Below, piece after piece: positions 13,000 through 24,801 of a DNA stretch of 64,000 bases. Position 1 is the stretch's first letter; each line of letters begins with the position of its first letter. A program made the translations under genes and the position numbers. The notes beneath the pieces are model-generated. The model had not been told where the DNA came from and made no database searches. It was given only the letters and a program-made list of their open reading frames with translations. This DNA comes from Eledone cirrhosa (taxonomy: Eukaryota). Where the stretch lies: contig OZ024751.1 of NCBI GenBank assembly GCA_964016885.1, positions 32,178,001-32,242,000 on the forward strand, in the 5' to 3' direction.

Positions 13000-13810
13000 G
13001 CATACCACGACTTACAAACAAAATTCCGGCCCATAACTTCACTTAATTTGACACCCTAATTCTGTGTATCTAACCAACAACTTATGTGTCTTTAACCCAC
13101 GACTTCTGTGTATCTAGTCAAACAATTTATTTCATCTGGCTCGCAGAATGTGTGACGACGTTGCACAAAAAGACTTGAAAAACTTTTTCTTAATCAATCT
13201 TTGGAACACTAACGATTAAAATCCGTTATAAAAAAATGAAACAAAAACCAAAAATATAGTTTCATTGACCTAAAATGAATCAAGGTTTATTACAAAAAAA
13301 AAAAAAAAAGTGAAATTCCTTCACTTAGTAAAAATGAAAGTTTTTAAACAGTTTGTTTTCTCCTAAACAAATACAGCAAAGGAACTTTTATTTCAGTCTA
13401 TGTTAAAACTTTTAAAATAAACTAAAAATTTAAGTAATTAAAAAGCAAGTTGTTTCCATAACCTTGTATAACCAAGACCTCAGCTTCTATTCACCTTGGC
13501 CCACAACGTGTAAAACATTCTCAATTCAGTCGGCCCACCATCAAAAAGGTTTGCCAACCACCGAGTAAGAATACAAATTCACGAATGTTACAAAGCGATT
13601 TTCAAGTCCTTTTTATAAATATATAATAGGCAAAGCATGGGACGAGAAACAATTCTTTAAAATATGACCCATCTACCAAAAAGGTTGCCGACCCTAAATT
13701 AAAGTATAAATTCACAAATATTAAGGAGAGTCTTAGCGATTTTGAAGTCCTTTTCATAAAAATAAATTAGGCAAAGCATGGGACGAGATCTAGTTCTTTG
13801 AAATTTGCCT
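13000..13810. mobile_element. Degenerate hAT-like MITE end(s) with a ~130-bp local duplication
   Basis: 'cggcccac...aaaaaggtttgccaacc' (13531-13560) and 'aaaaggttgccgaccc' (~13680) resemble hAT termini. 'taggcaaagcatgggacgaga' is duplicated. Confidence 0.4.
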
Positions 13811-13943
13811 CCCCACACCATCGAGACAACAACAATCACCAAGGCTATTCAGATGTTAAAAGGATCACTCCAAGTTCAACCTTTCCACCACACCCACAAC
13901 ACTTCATCTAGAGTGGTAAAAATGTAGTTTAAAACACAGCAAT

Positions 13944-13995
<52 letters not shown>

Positions 13996-14337
13996 GGAAT
14001 CAAACATAATTTTACTGTTTTCCATTACCTGGAACCAGGAACCAGATTGCGTACACGTTTCATTACCTCAACAAATAACTACCACAAACATTCGAACCAC
14101 TAACTCTACCACCACCGTCACCCCCCCGTCTCCGTCACCACCAACTCCACCTCCGCCGCCGCCGCCACCACCACCACCACTACCACCACCACTTTCTCGA
14201 AGAGAGCGAGTTAAGCGATCCCTGACGAATCTCTCATAAGACATGGACTAGTTTGTTTCACCCTCACATCCAGTTGTTGAAGCTCCAGTGGTTTAACCAC
14301 GGGTTCTAGTTTCATGCATAAATTATGTGTTTATTAG

Positions 14338-14462
14338 TCATACTGTATGCAAATATAACAATTTGTTAGACACTGTATGCAAATAAGACCGTCTATTTGA
14401 CATACTGTATGCAAATAAAACCGTTTATTTGACATATTGTATGCAAATAAGACCGCTTATTG
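14338..14462. repeat. Four-unit 30-32-bp tandem repeat, each unit holding an octamer ATGCAAAT
   Basis: ATGCAAAT at 14347, 14377, 14409 and 14441. Confidence 0.85.
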
Positions 14463-14793
14463 CCCTAAACCGTAAACAAAACACTAAGAAGATACCATAA
14501 ACCAACTACTGACCAGCATCCTTATATTCCGTAAATCCACCACTGACCCACATTAGAATAATATAAGACAATGCAGTAAGTGTGGACATTGTCTATAAAC
14601 CAGTCCAGAGAAAGCAACGGAGATATTTCGATCTCATTAGATCTCTTTAGTCAAGTGGCTAGACTAGAACGGCGAAATAGATGTAGGAAAGGGCTATAGC
14701 TATAGGAAAAATGCACAGCTGATATATATCCAACAAAAGGTAGAAGTGAATGCCTGAGGTACACACATAGAAGTAGTCTCGCACTACACACAC

Positions 14794-14922
<129 letters not shown>

Positions 14923-16116
14923 GTGTGTGTATGTAATGAGAAAGGGAGAGCCAGTTGGACAAGAGTAAAATAGACAAACTTATTTCATTTTAGGAAAAGC
15001 CACTCGCGTATTACTTGTAGCAGCAGCAGTAGTTATTGTAGTAGTAGTAGTAGTAGTTGTTGTTGTTGTTGTTGTCGTTGTCGTTGTAGCGGTGGTGTTG
15101 GTAGTGGTATTATTTTTAGTATTGGTGGTAGCATCAGCAAGTAGTAGCGGTCTAATTCCATTGAAAGTAGCCGTCATTGCCGTAAGCGACTCCACCTCCA
15201 ACTCCGTCGCCACCATCACTATTTTGTGGTGATGGGTGAGTAAGAATGTCGGTCATGTGACACGACAGCACAAATGTTATTTGATGTCACGAGTTCATGA
15301 CCTCCATTGTCATTGCCAATTATCGTCTGCTTTTTGCCTAGAAATGATTCTGTTAGAAAACGAAATGGAAGAAGAGAAGAGTGGGTGTGATAAAGGGGGA
15401 TAAAGATGCCTTTTGATGTCTCAATTGAAGTTAAAGAAACGGACACAACTGTAAGCATTCCTGAACGATGTAAGCAAACTATTTAGTGTCAGGTTCGAAT
15501 GGAGTGGGTATTTCAACGACATAGAGACATTTAGAGAACTATAAGTTGACAAGATAATGTTATATTTAATGTACTACTTGTTGGATATGTGGATAAAATA
15601 TGACCGACTGCTTTAGGAGTTCACTTCGCAATCATTTTTTTTTACAGACGTCAGTGTGTAATATGAGGGAGATTTGACTGCTATTTCTTTGGCTTTAAAT
15701 CTACATAGTCATTTGACCTGCTAGAAATAGCAGCCAAATCTCATTCGAATCTTGAAAAAAAAAGAGGTAGACATATAGGTCAATGTAGACCTGGATAAGG
15801 ACAAGACAATGTGGTCGTGGCCGGTATGTCGTTAAATTATATGATTAGAAACGGAATTGGAGCTATGTAACAACAAGAAAAACGACACAACAATAACAAA
15901 ACAACACAACACGGCAACAATATCCACAACTATGACAACAGCAACAAGAACAACGATCACCCCAACTACAACCATATCAACAACAACCACCAAAACAACT
16001 CCATCAACAACAACAACAACACCAACAGCAATAACAAATAAAACACCACAGCCACAACAGCAGCAACAGCAATCATGACAGCAATAAAAACATTAACAAC
16101 AACATCATTCTATTAA

Positions 16117-16147
<31 letters not shown>

Positions 16148-16597
16148 CACTCAGACACTCACAGTTACTATCACAAACACACACAGATACACATACACAT
16201 TCATAGTTACACAGCCACACACACAATCACACAGACATTCATACAATCACACACGCACACACTTCCACATTCTTACACACACATTCATACACAGATACTA
16301 TTCACAATCACACACCCACACACAGTCACACACACCCTTACTCTGACACACATACACTATTAATCACACGAACGCACAACCACCCTATTGCTCTGATCAC
16401 ACCCTGACTATTATCTAAAGACAAGAAATCATTGATAGAAGACGTTACTAAGACATGTTGTAATCCTCTCCTTGTTATACAAACAAAGGATTAAAACATG
16501 CGGAATCAATATCTTAATCTCATTAATCTTAAAATCTCAAAGTAAACAGACAAAACATTCTTTTTTGTTCTCTAAACACACTTAATATCTTGGGGGC

Positions 16598-16862
16598 AAG
16601 GGGCGGATTGAGCTTGCATGGGGCCCTTGACTGAAAACTTCATCAGGGGGCCATTGCTTTAAAATGATATTAATTTACCAGTGAAAAGGAAAGGCGAACA
16701 TATATTTGCCATTGTTTGATACTGACACAGATGAAAATAAATTTTCTTTCCTCCTTATCATGAGATTCATTTTGATATAGTATATTATTTATGGCAGCCA
16801 AAATATTAATTTTGGTGTCCTTTAAATATTGTGGGATCCTGGCTACAGCTTAATCGGACCCC
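16598..16862. mobile_element. Possible degenerate hAT-type MITE
   Basis: Begins caaggggcggatt...ggggccc and ends taatcggacccc, forming an imperfect TIR. Confidence 0.3.
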
Positions 16863-17439
16863 CACCTCATACCATATTAAATCTCCATATGATGGTGACA
16901 GGGGTTATATATTTGTCATTAGAGCTGATATGAGATTTCAGACCATGTGTGGTGAAACTGAAGTATCTACACAGTGGAAGAGGAATTTTAACTACTTCAA
17001 TCTTGTGTTCTTTCTCAGTCACTTAATGCCAATAAAACCGGGATAAAGCTCCAGTCTTCGTCGAACCCATAGAACAAGCAGGGACGTCAAACGACAACAC
17101 ATTCTAACAAACACATATAGAATGTTATATTCTTTCACTAGTTTCACTCATTAGACTGCGGTCATGCTGGGGGAACCTCCTTCAAATGATTTAGTCGATC
17201 ATATCGAAATCAATACTATTTTACTTATGTGCTTTACTATTATCATGATAATTATAAAAAAAAACATATTTTTAATCACTGAAATTTGCGGTGTTTATAC
17301 GTATGTCTTTCTACCTTTCTGGCATTTTACTCTATCGTCTATCTATCGTCTCTCATCGATATATCGTCTATCTATCCCCTCTCTTTCCTATCTATGTGAC
17401 AAAACAAATCCGCTATCTGTAAGATAGCGAGTTCGGGCT

Positions 17440-17541
<102 letters not shown>

Positions 17542-17545
17542 ATAA

Positions 17546-17848
<303 letters not shown>

Positions 17849-18226
17849 CGTAAATATTTCTATAAATGTAACCAATCAAATCTGTAAAAAAAAAAAACCA
17901 TTTCGGGAATCCATCTAAAATGAAAAATTCCAACTCAATACATTTTAAATAAAAATGTTGCTTTTAGCGTACATTTTGAGCACCACTTTTACTCAAAGCC
18001 CACACCTCACTCTTTCCAGCTTTCATTCATCGCGATCAGTTTATTTTCTACTTCCTGTCTCCATCTTTAAATTTAGACTCACATCTGTATCATTTTGGCG
18101 TGCTAATCTAACTAGATAATTTACCAATTTTCGTATAAATGTTTTAAAGTTTATTTCACAATTTATTTATATCGATTTATCTTTAAGAGACAGTAAAGGA
18201 CACATTGTAAATGTTATCAGACACAC

Positions 18227-18286
<60 letters not shown>

Positions 18287-18407
18287 AATTAATATCTAGT
18301 AACATATATATACATACAGATGCATATCAATGCTAGCAAATATATAGGTTGGAAGTGATATTTTAGTAAGTAAGTTAATTCTATAATTTTCTTATTTTAC
18401 GTCTCTC

Positions 18408-18440
<33 letters not shown>

Positions 18441-18504
18441 ACTTATAAGACTTTGTATGATTGTATATCTGTTTTTCAACTTAAACTATATGTATATGGA
18501 CATG

Positions 18505-18581
<77 letters not shown>

Positions 18582-19238
18582 ATGTGTGTGTATGTGTGTG
18601 TGTGTGCGTGCGTGCGCGCGTGTAAAAATATATATATGGTTCAAGGTGAAAAAAGATAGATACTGTATACAATTACACAGTCTTATAAGTTCCACGCTTC
18701 TTGGAAGAGGAAAAGGAATGTTGCAACGTATTGGACGTTAGTCCTTCGTCGGCAAAGAATAAGGAGGTTAGAAGCTGGAGAAAAGTGTGTGTGTGTATGT
18801 GTGTGTGTGTATATATGTGTGTAATGAAAAGATAATATATATTGTATAAACACCGACCTTCAAGCGATTAATGATTAGATATACTTGTATATACTTAGTT
18901 TAATGAACTGGGTAATTGCTGGCCTTGTACCAAAAGTAGAAACAATTATAATTACTTAATTAATATTAATAACTTAATTAAAAAGATAGATATGGCTGTG
19001 TATTGCTTTTTATCTCAAATAGGTTATTAAAAAGTTTATTGTCATCTATACATAGGGTATATATATATATATATATATATATAAATATATATATTTATAC
19101 GTATGTGTGTATGTATGTGTGTGTATGTATGTGCGTGTGTGTGTGTGTGTGTGTGCGTCCATTGAAGCATTCTTGGAAATGCTGACATCATGCATCTTGT
19201 TATTGTTAATGATGTCAGTGCTATTGCTTTGAGTTACA

Positions 19239-19360
<122 letters not shown>

Positions 19361-19454
19361 TAGATAGATAGAGAGAGAGAGAGCGAGAGAGAGAGAGAAG
19401 TACTCAATATCGAAGACTTCACTAATATTCTTTATAATAGCGAAGAGATGAGTC

Positions 19455-19501
19455 TTGTTACTCTGGAGTTTCACCTGCGTACTTACATGATCATCAGACA
19501 A
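19455..19501 (-). ncRNA. Hammerhead motif, stem II degenerate
   Basis: Minus strand: ttgt-CTGATGA-tcatgtaagtacgcaggt-GAA-ACTC-ca-GAGT-A-acaa, followed by a tail containing TTGAGTAC. Confidence 0.6.
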
Positions 19502-19520
19502 AGAATATTATATATACATT

Positions 19521-19705
19521 GGGGGATTGGCAGTATCAGTAGAAGGTCGGACGCCATGCTTTGACGTATAGAGTTACGGCCCTTGCCATTCTGAGTTCAA
19601 ATCCCGCCGAGGTTAACTTTGCCTTTCATCCTTACGGGGTCGATAAAATAAAGTACCAGTAATGCACTGGGTAATTGGTGGCCTTGTGCCAAACGTAGAA
19701 ACTAT

Positions 19706-19707
<2 letters not shown>
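19521..19707 (+). mobile_element. Full-length tRNA-derived SINE
   Basis: A-box-like TGGCAGTATCAGTAG, B-box GAGTTCAAATCCC, central GCCTTTCATCCTTACGGGGTCGATAAA (Meta-domain-like) and an AT-rich tail. Confidence 0.85.
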
Positions 19708-19755
<48 letters not shown>

Positions 19756-19863
19756 TATATAGTAATAATAATAAAAAATTTGAAGACTAAAATCCAAAGA
19801 GGGCTCGATAAGGGTGAAAGCAGCGATTCTTTGCTTAAACTTTAATGTTATTTTAATAAATAA

Positions 19864-19913
<50 letters not shown>

Positions 19914-19988
19914 TTATAAATACATACGTACACACACACATATATATATATTGTGATATATATATATATAAATACATACATACGTACC

Positions 19989-20036
<48 letters not shown>

Positions 20037-20105
20037 GCCTTGGTGGCCCTTGAAATATGTATAATAAAATAAATATGGTTTTATAAATATAGTTTCCATT
20101 TGTTA

Positions 20106-20191
<86 letters not shown>

Positions 20192-20197
<6 letters not shown>

Positions 20198-20518
20198 GGA
20201 TCTACTTCCACAGAGTTTAAATCCCGCTTCAATAATCATAAAAATTCTTTTACTGATCCAAACAAAAAATCTTCAACTTCTCTATCTAGCCTATTATGGG
20301 ACGTAAAACTAAAGAACGTTGAATATTCGTTGACTTGGAATATTATTTCAAAAGCTACTCCTTTTAACTCCTCTTCAGAAAATTGCGATCTTTGTATAGA
20401 GGAAATATTCTTTATATTAAAGACCAAAAATTCCCTGAACTTAAGGAATAATTTATTCAGTTGCTGCAGACATAGATTAAACTCAACGTTTAAATATAAA
20501 TATAAATTTAAAATGTAG
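20192..20518 (+). pseudogene. C-terminal half of a PLE GIY-YIG endonuclease
   Basis: [17 protein letters not shown]...STSLS...W.II...CDLCIEE...LNLRNNLFSCCRH. Contains the YIG motif, the conserved R/H and E/N residues and a CxxC...CxH zinc motif typical of Naiad-type PLEs. Confidence 0.85.
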
Positions 20519-22049
20519 TATATAATTAATTAATTAATTTTATTAATATATTGAACCTGTCGATAAATCATTAGATTCCTTCATCTTTTTTGACTGATTA
20601 TACACTCAAGTAAAAATAACTTTTCTTCCTAAATATAAATAAATATAAATATAATAAACTATTCTAGAAAAATATATTGAGAGCTCTTGAAAGGAGAAAA
20701 TATTTCTTATTTCTTATTTTTTTATTGTTTTTTTATTGTTCTAATAGCTTCTCCTATTTTCGAAAGTTTATCCTTTCAAAATTTTGAGTTAAATATACGT
20801 AAGATAAATTTCTATACTAAATCTATTAAACATACTATTATTTTGAAATTATAACCTAAAATATTCTATAATATTTTAAAATTGTATTGCTTTTAAAGTT
20901 ATATTGCTTATAATTATATTTCCAAATTGTAATATAATTCTTATGTATTTTATGTACTCAATTATACTATGTACTGTATTTATATATACATCTCTCTATA
21001 TGTATTTATCTATTTATATATACTTCTCTCTATATGTGAGTATATATGTATATGTGTGTATTGACATACATGTACATGTGTTTTATGCGTTTTTATGAAT
21101 GTATGTCTGTCTGTATGTATATGTATGTGTGATGCGTATCTACCTATTGGCTGAGGGTACACACACATGTATATATATGTATATGTTAGAATTGTGTATA
21201 TGCGTGTGCGTGTAAATCCATACAATTTGATTGCACTTATGTATAGTGATTATCCCAAGATTAGTGACAGATAGACATATAATAACAGCCATAAATACAT
21301 AACAGGTAATCTTATAAAACTTATATAAAAATTTTTTTGTTTAATAACATAAAGCATGTATAACATAAAATTTCCTTTAACAATTATAACATTTTTAAGA
21401 TTCCTATATCTTAAATTAAATTAAAGAATCCCTTCTGCTTTGTGTGTATATATTATATACGTAGTTAGATATGTTATGTATTTTATAAGTGTGTATATAT
21501 ATTTATATGTATTTTTGCGTGTGTATACGTGTTATATGATATGTAGTTCTCTAGTAATATATGGATTTCTTAATGTATAGATTCCAATTTTTAATATATT
21601 GGTCTCAATTTTTAAATGATTAACTAAACATCTAATCATATTTAAACAATGCTTAATTTCTCATATTATATATGTATATTCCATTCATGATTATTAACAT
21701 TTCTAATTTTATTTATTCATTTCATCTCAATTGTTAAGTTAACTCAACAAAATATGACTTAGAGTTTTTCGTTCTCTCCCCTGCTCTCTGTATCCTCTCT
21801 CTCTATATATCTTTCTCTCTCTGTTGTTTTGGTCTCTCTCTCTCTCCTTTCTCTCTCTCTCTCTCTTTTTCTCTCTCTCCTTCTTTATCTTTTTCTTTCT
21901 CTGTAACCCAACGGCTTACTTTAAAAATAAAAATATCCAATACTAATAATAATATAATTAAACAACTCCACTATCCGGGAGCTTCCAACAGTAATGGTTG
22001 CATTTTTTAAGGGTATGTCAATATTTATTTATAAAACTGATCTATATTA

Positions 22050-22114
22050 TATTTTGTCTGATGAAAGCACACCATAATTTAACTTGGTGTCCTTGAAATA
22101 TGTATAATGAAATA
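22050..22114 (+). ncRNA. Type I hammerhead motif in PLE pseudo-LTR
   Basis: tattttgt-CTGATGA-aagc-acacca...tggtgt-cctt-GAA-ATATGTAT-A-atgaaata. Confidence 0.65.
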
Positions 22115-22151
22115 AATATGGTTTTATAAATATAGTTTCCATTTGTTAATA

Positions 22152-22187
<36 letters not shown>

Positions 22188-22388
22188 TAAGGGTTGACGG
22201 ACCCTGCATATTTATCAATGCCAGTACCGGTTGTATCTCAGCGCACTCCATGGGCAATGTAAGATACATTCCCAGAGTATACACAAAGTTATTTGCTTCA
22301 ATATATTTGCAGGTATATATATATATAACTGCCTATACTGGAATTGAATAATCAAGACCGTAGCAGTATGTCATATATCAAATCATAT

Positions 22389-22450
22389 ATTTGTCTGATG
22401 AGGACGTACTGAAAAAACAACACAGTACCTTTGAAATATATATAAAAAAG
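22389..22450 (+). ncRNA. Related hammerhead motif, stem I degenerate
   Basis: tttgt-CTGATGA-ggac-gtactg...cagtac-cttt-GAA-ATATATAT-A. Confidence 0.5.
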
Positions 22451-22499
22451 TAAATATTTTGATTATGCGAATATTTTTTATTTGTTAACATTCATTTTG

Positions 22500-22571
<72 letters not shown>

Positions 22572-22743
22572 CTATATACATATATATAATAATAATAAAA
22601 TGGACGAAGTGTTTGATCTTCATTACATTTACATATATATATATGTATATATATATAAATTGTGTGTATGTGTGTATATGTGTATGGGTGTATGTGTGTG
22701 TAAATGTGTATATATGGGTGTGAGTGTTTGTATGTGTAAATGT

Positions 22744-22775
<32 letters not shown>

Positions 22776-22899
22776 GTGTGTGTGTGCGTGTGCATGTGCA
22801 GTTGTTGGCACCGGAAGCCATAACTATTTAGTTTTCCTTTCTTTCCACCTTCTTCAGTGAAATGTATGGTTTATAGTTTGTATAGTGGTATATCATAGA

Positions 22900-24539
22900 T
22901 TAATGGTGGTAATTGAGGTAGTAGTGGTGTAGTGGTGGTATAGTGGTTTAGTGGTAGTAGTAGTAGTGGTAGTAATGGTAGTTGTGGTGGTGGTAGTAAT
23001 GGTAGTAGTGGTGGTAGTGGTTATAGTGCTGGTGTAGTGGTAGTAATGATAGTCGTGGTGGTAGTGGTAGTGGTAATAATGGTAGTAGTGTTGGTAGTGG
23101 TGGTAATGCTGGTGTAGTGGTAGTACTGGTTGTAGTGGTGGTGTAGTGGTAGTACTGGTTGTAATGCTGGTGTAGTGGTAGTAGTAATGGTGGAAGTAAT
23201 GGTAGTTGTGGTGGTAGTAATGGTAATTTTGGTGGTAGGGTGGTGGTAGTAATAGTGGTGGTAATGCTGGTGTAGTGGTAGTAGTAGTGGTGGTAGTAAT
23301 GGTAGTTGTGGTGGTAGTGATGGTGGTAGTAATGGTAGTAGTGGTGGTAGTGGTGGTAATGCTGGTGTAGTGGTAGTAGTAGTGGTGGTAGTAATGGTAG
23401 TTGTGGTGGTAGTGATGGTGGTAGTAATGGTAGTAGTAGTGGTAGTGGTGGTAATGCTGGTGTAGTGGTAGTAGTATTGGTGGTAGTAATGGTAGTTGTG
23501 GTGGTAGTGATGGTGGTAGTAATGGTAGTAGTAGTGGTAGTGGTGGTAATGCTGGTGTAGAGGTAGTAGTAGTGGTGCAGATGGTATAGGTTGTGGTGGT
23601 GGTGTATTGGTTGTAGTGGGGATGATAGTATTAGTGTAGTTAGTTGTGATGGTGGTGGTGATGTTGGTAGTGGTGATGTTGGTGGTGGTGATGCTGGTGG
23701 TGGTGATGTTGGTGGTGGTGATGATGCTGGTGGTAATGGTGGAGGTGGTGATGGTGGAGGTAGTGATGGTGGAGGTAGTGATGGTGGAGGTGATGTTGGT
23801 GGAGGTGATGGTGGAGATGGTGATGGTGGAGCTGGTGATGCTGGTGGTGGTGATGCTGGTGGAGGTGATGTTGGTGGTGGTGATGGTGGAGGTGGTGATG
23901 GTGGAGGTGGTAATGGTGGAGGTGGTAATGGTGGAGGTGATGTTGGTGGTGGTGATGCTGGTGGTGATGGTGGTGGTGGTGATGCTGGTGGTGATGGTGG
24001 AGGTGGTGATGTTGGAGGTGATGGTGGTGGTGGTGATGCTGGTGGTGATGGTGGTGGTGGTGATGTTGGAGGTGATGATGGTGGAGGTAGTGATGGTGGA
24101 GGTGATGGTGGAGATGGTGATGGTGGAGCTGGTGATGCTGATAGCAGTGATGTTGGTGGAGGTGATGTTGGTGGTGGTGATGGTGGAGGTGATGGTAGAG
24201 GTGGTGATGCTGGTGGTGGTGATGGTGGAGGTGATGGTAGAGGTGGTGATGCTGGTGGTGGTGGTGATGGTGGAGGTGGTGATGGTGGAGGTGAGTTCTA
24301 TTATGACGCTGATGATGATGATAGTATTAGTGATGATTATCTGCAAAAAGCATAACGAGTTCTCATCGTTGTTGTTGTTTATAGTGGTTATATTGTAAGT
24401 GGTGTACTTTCTGTTGTAATAGCAGTTGTTGTTGCTGTTGTTGTTGCTGTTTACTACTGCTTTTGTTGTGTTGTTCATGTTGAAGCTGCTGTTGATGCTG
24501 CTGTTGCTGCTACTGTTTCTGCTACTGTAGTAGTAGTTT

Positions 24540-24583
<44 letters not shown>

Positions 24584-24760
24584 TTGGTGGTAGTTGTGTT
24601 TGTGGTAGTAGTATTAGTAGTGGTACTGGTTGTGGTTGTAGTAGTAGTAGTAGTAGTAGTGGCGGTGGTGGTGGTTGTGGTAGTAGTAGTGGTTGTGTTT
24701 GTGGTAGTAATAGTGGTAGTAATAGTAGTAGCAGTAGTAGTAATGGTGGTTGTGGTTGTG

Positions 24761-24801
<41 letters not shown>

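Larger units (their letters stand above)
20031..22152 (+). mobile_element. 5'-truncated Penelope-like element (Naiad-like) with direct pseudo-LTR repeats
   Basis: GIY-YIG remnant, ~1.5-kb AT-rich 3' region and a terminal hammerhead. 20031-20110 is a direct partial repeat of 22075-22150. Flanked by (TA)n. Confidence 0.75.

Noticed and set aside
14980-15458. Two abutting minus-strand 79-aa ORFs as a possible host exon
   Set aside because: They are separated by stops, partly trinucleotide-derived and without recognisable homology. They cannot be supported without transcript data.
19521-19615. A/B boxes suggesting a tRNA gene
   Set aside because: No cloverleaf. It is the head of a multi-copy SINE.
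23021-24478. 485-aa Thr-rich ORF (mucin-like) and overlapping Gly/Asp- and Val/Met-rich ORFs
   Set aside because: Open frames on both strands are the expected result of (GGT/GAT)n repeats. There is no domain, no credible splice structure and no non-repetitive coding segment.
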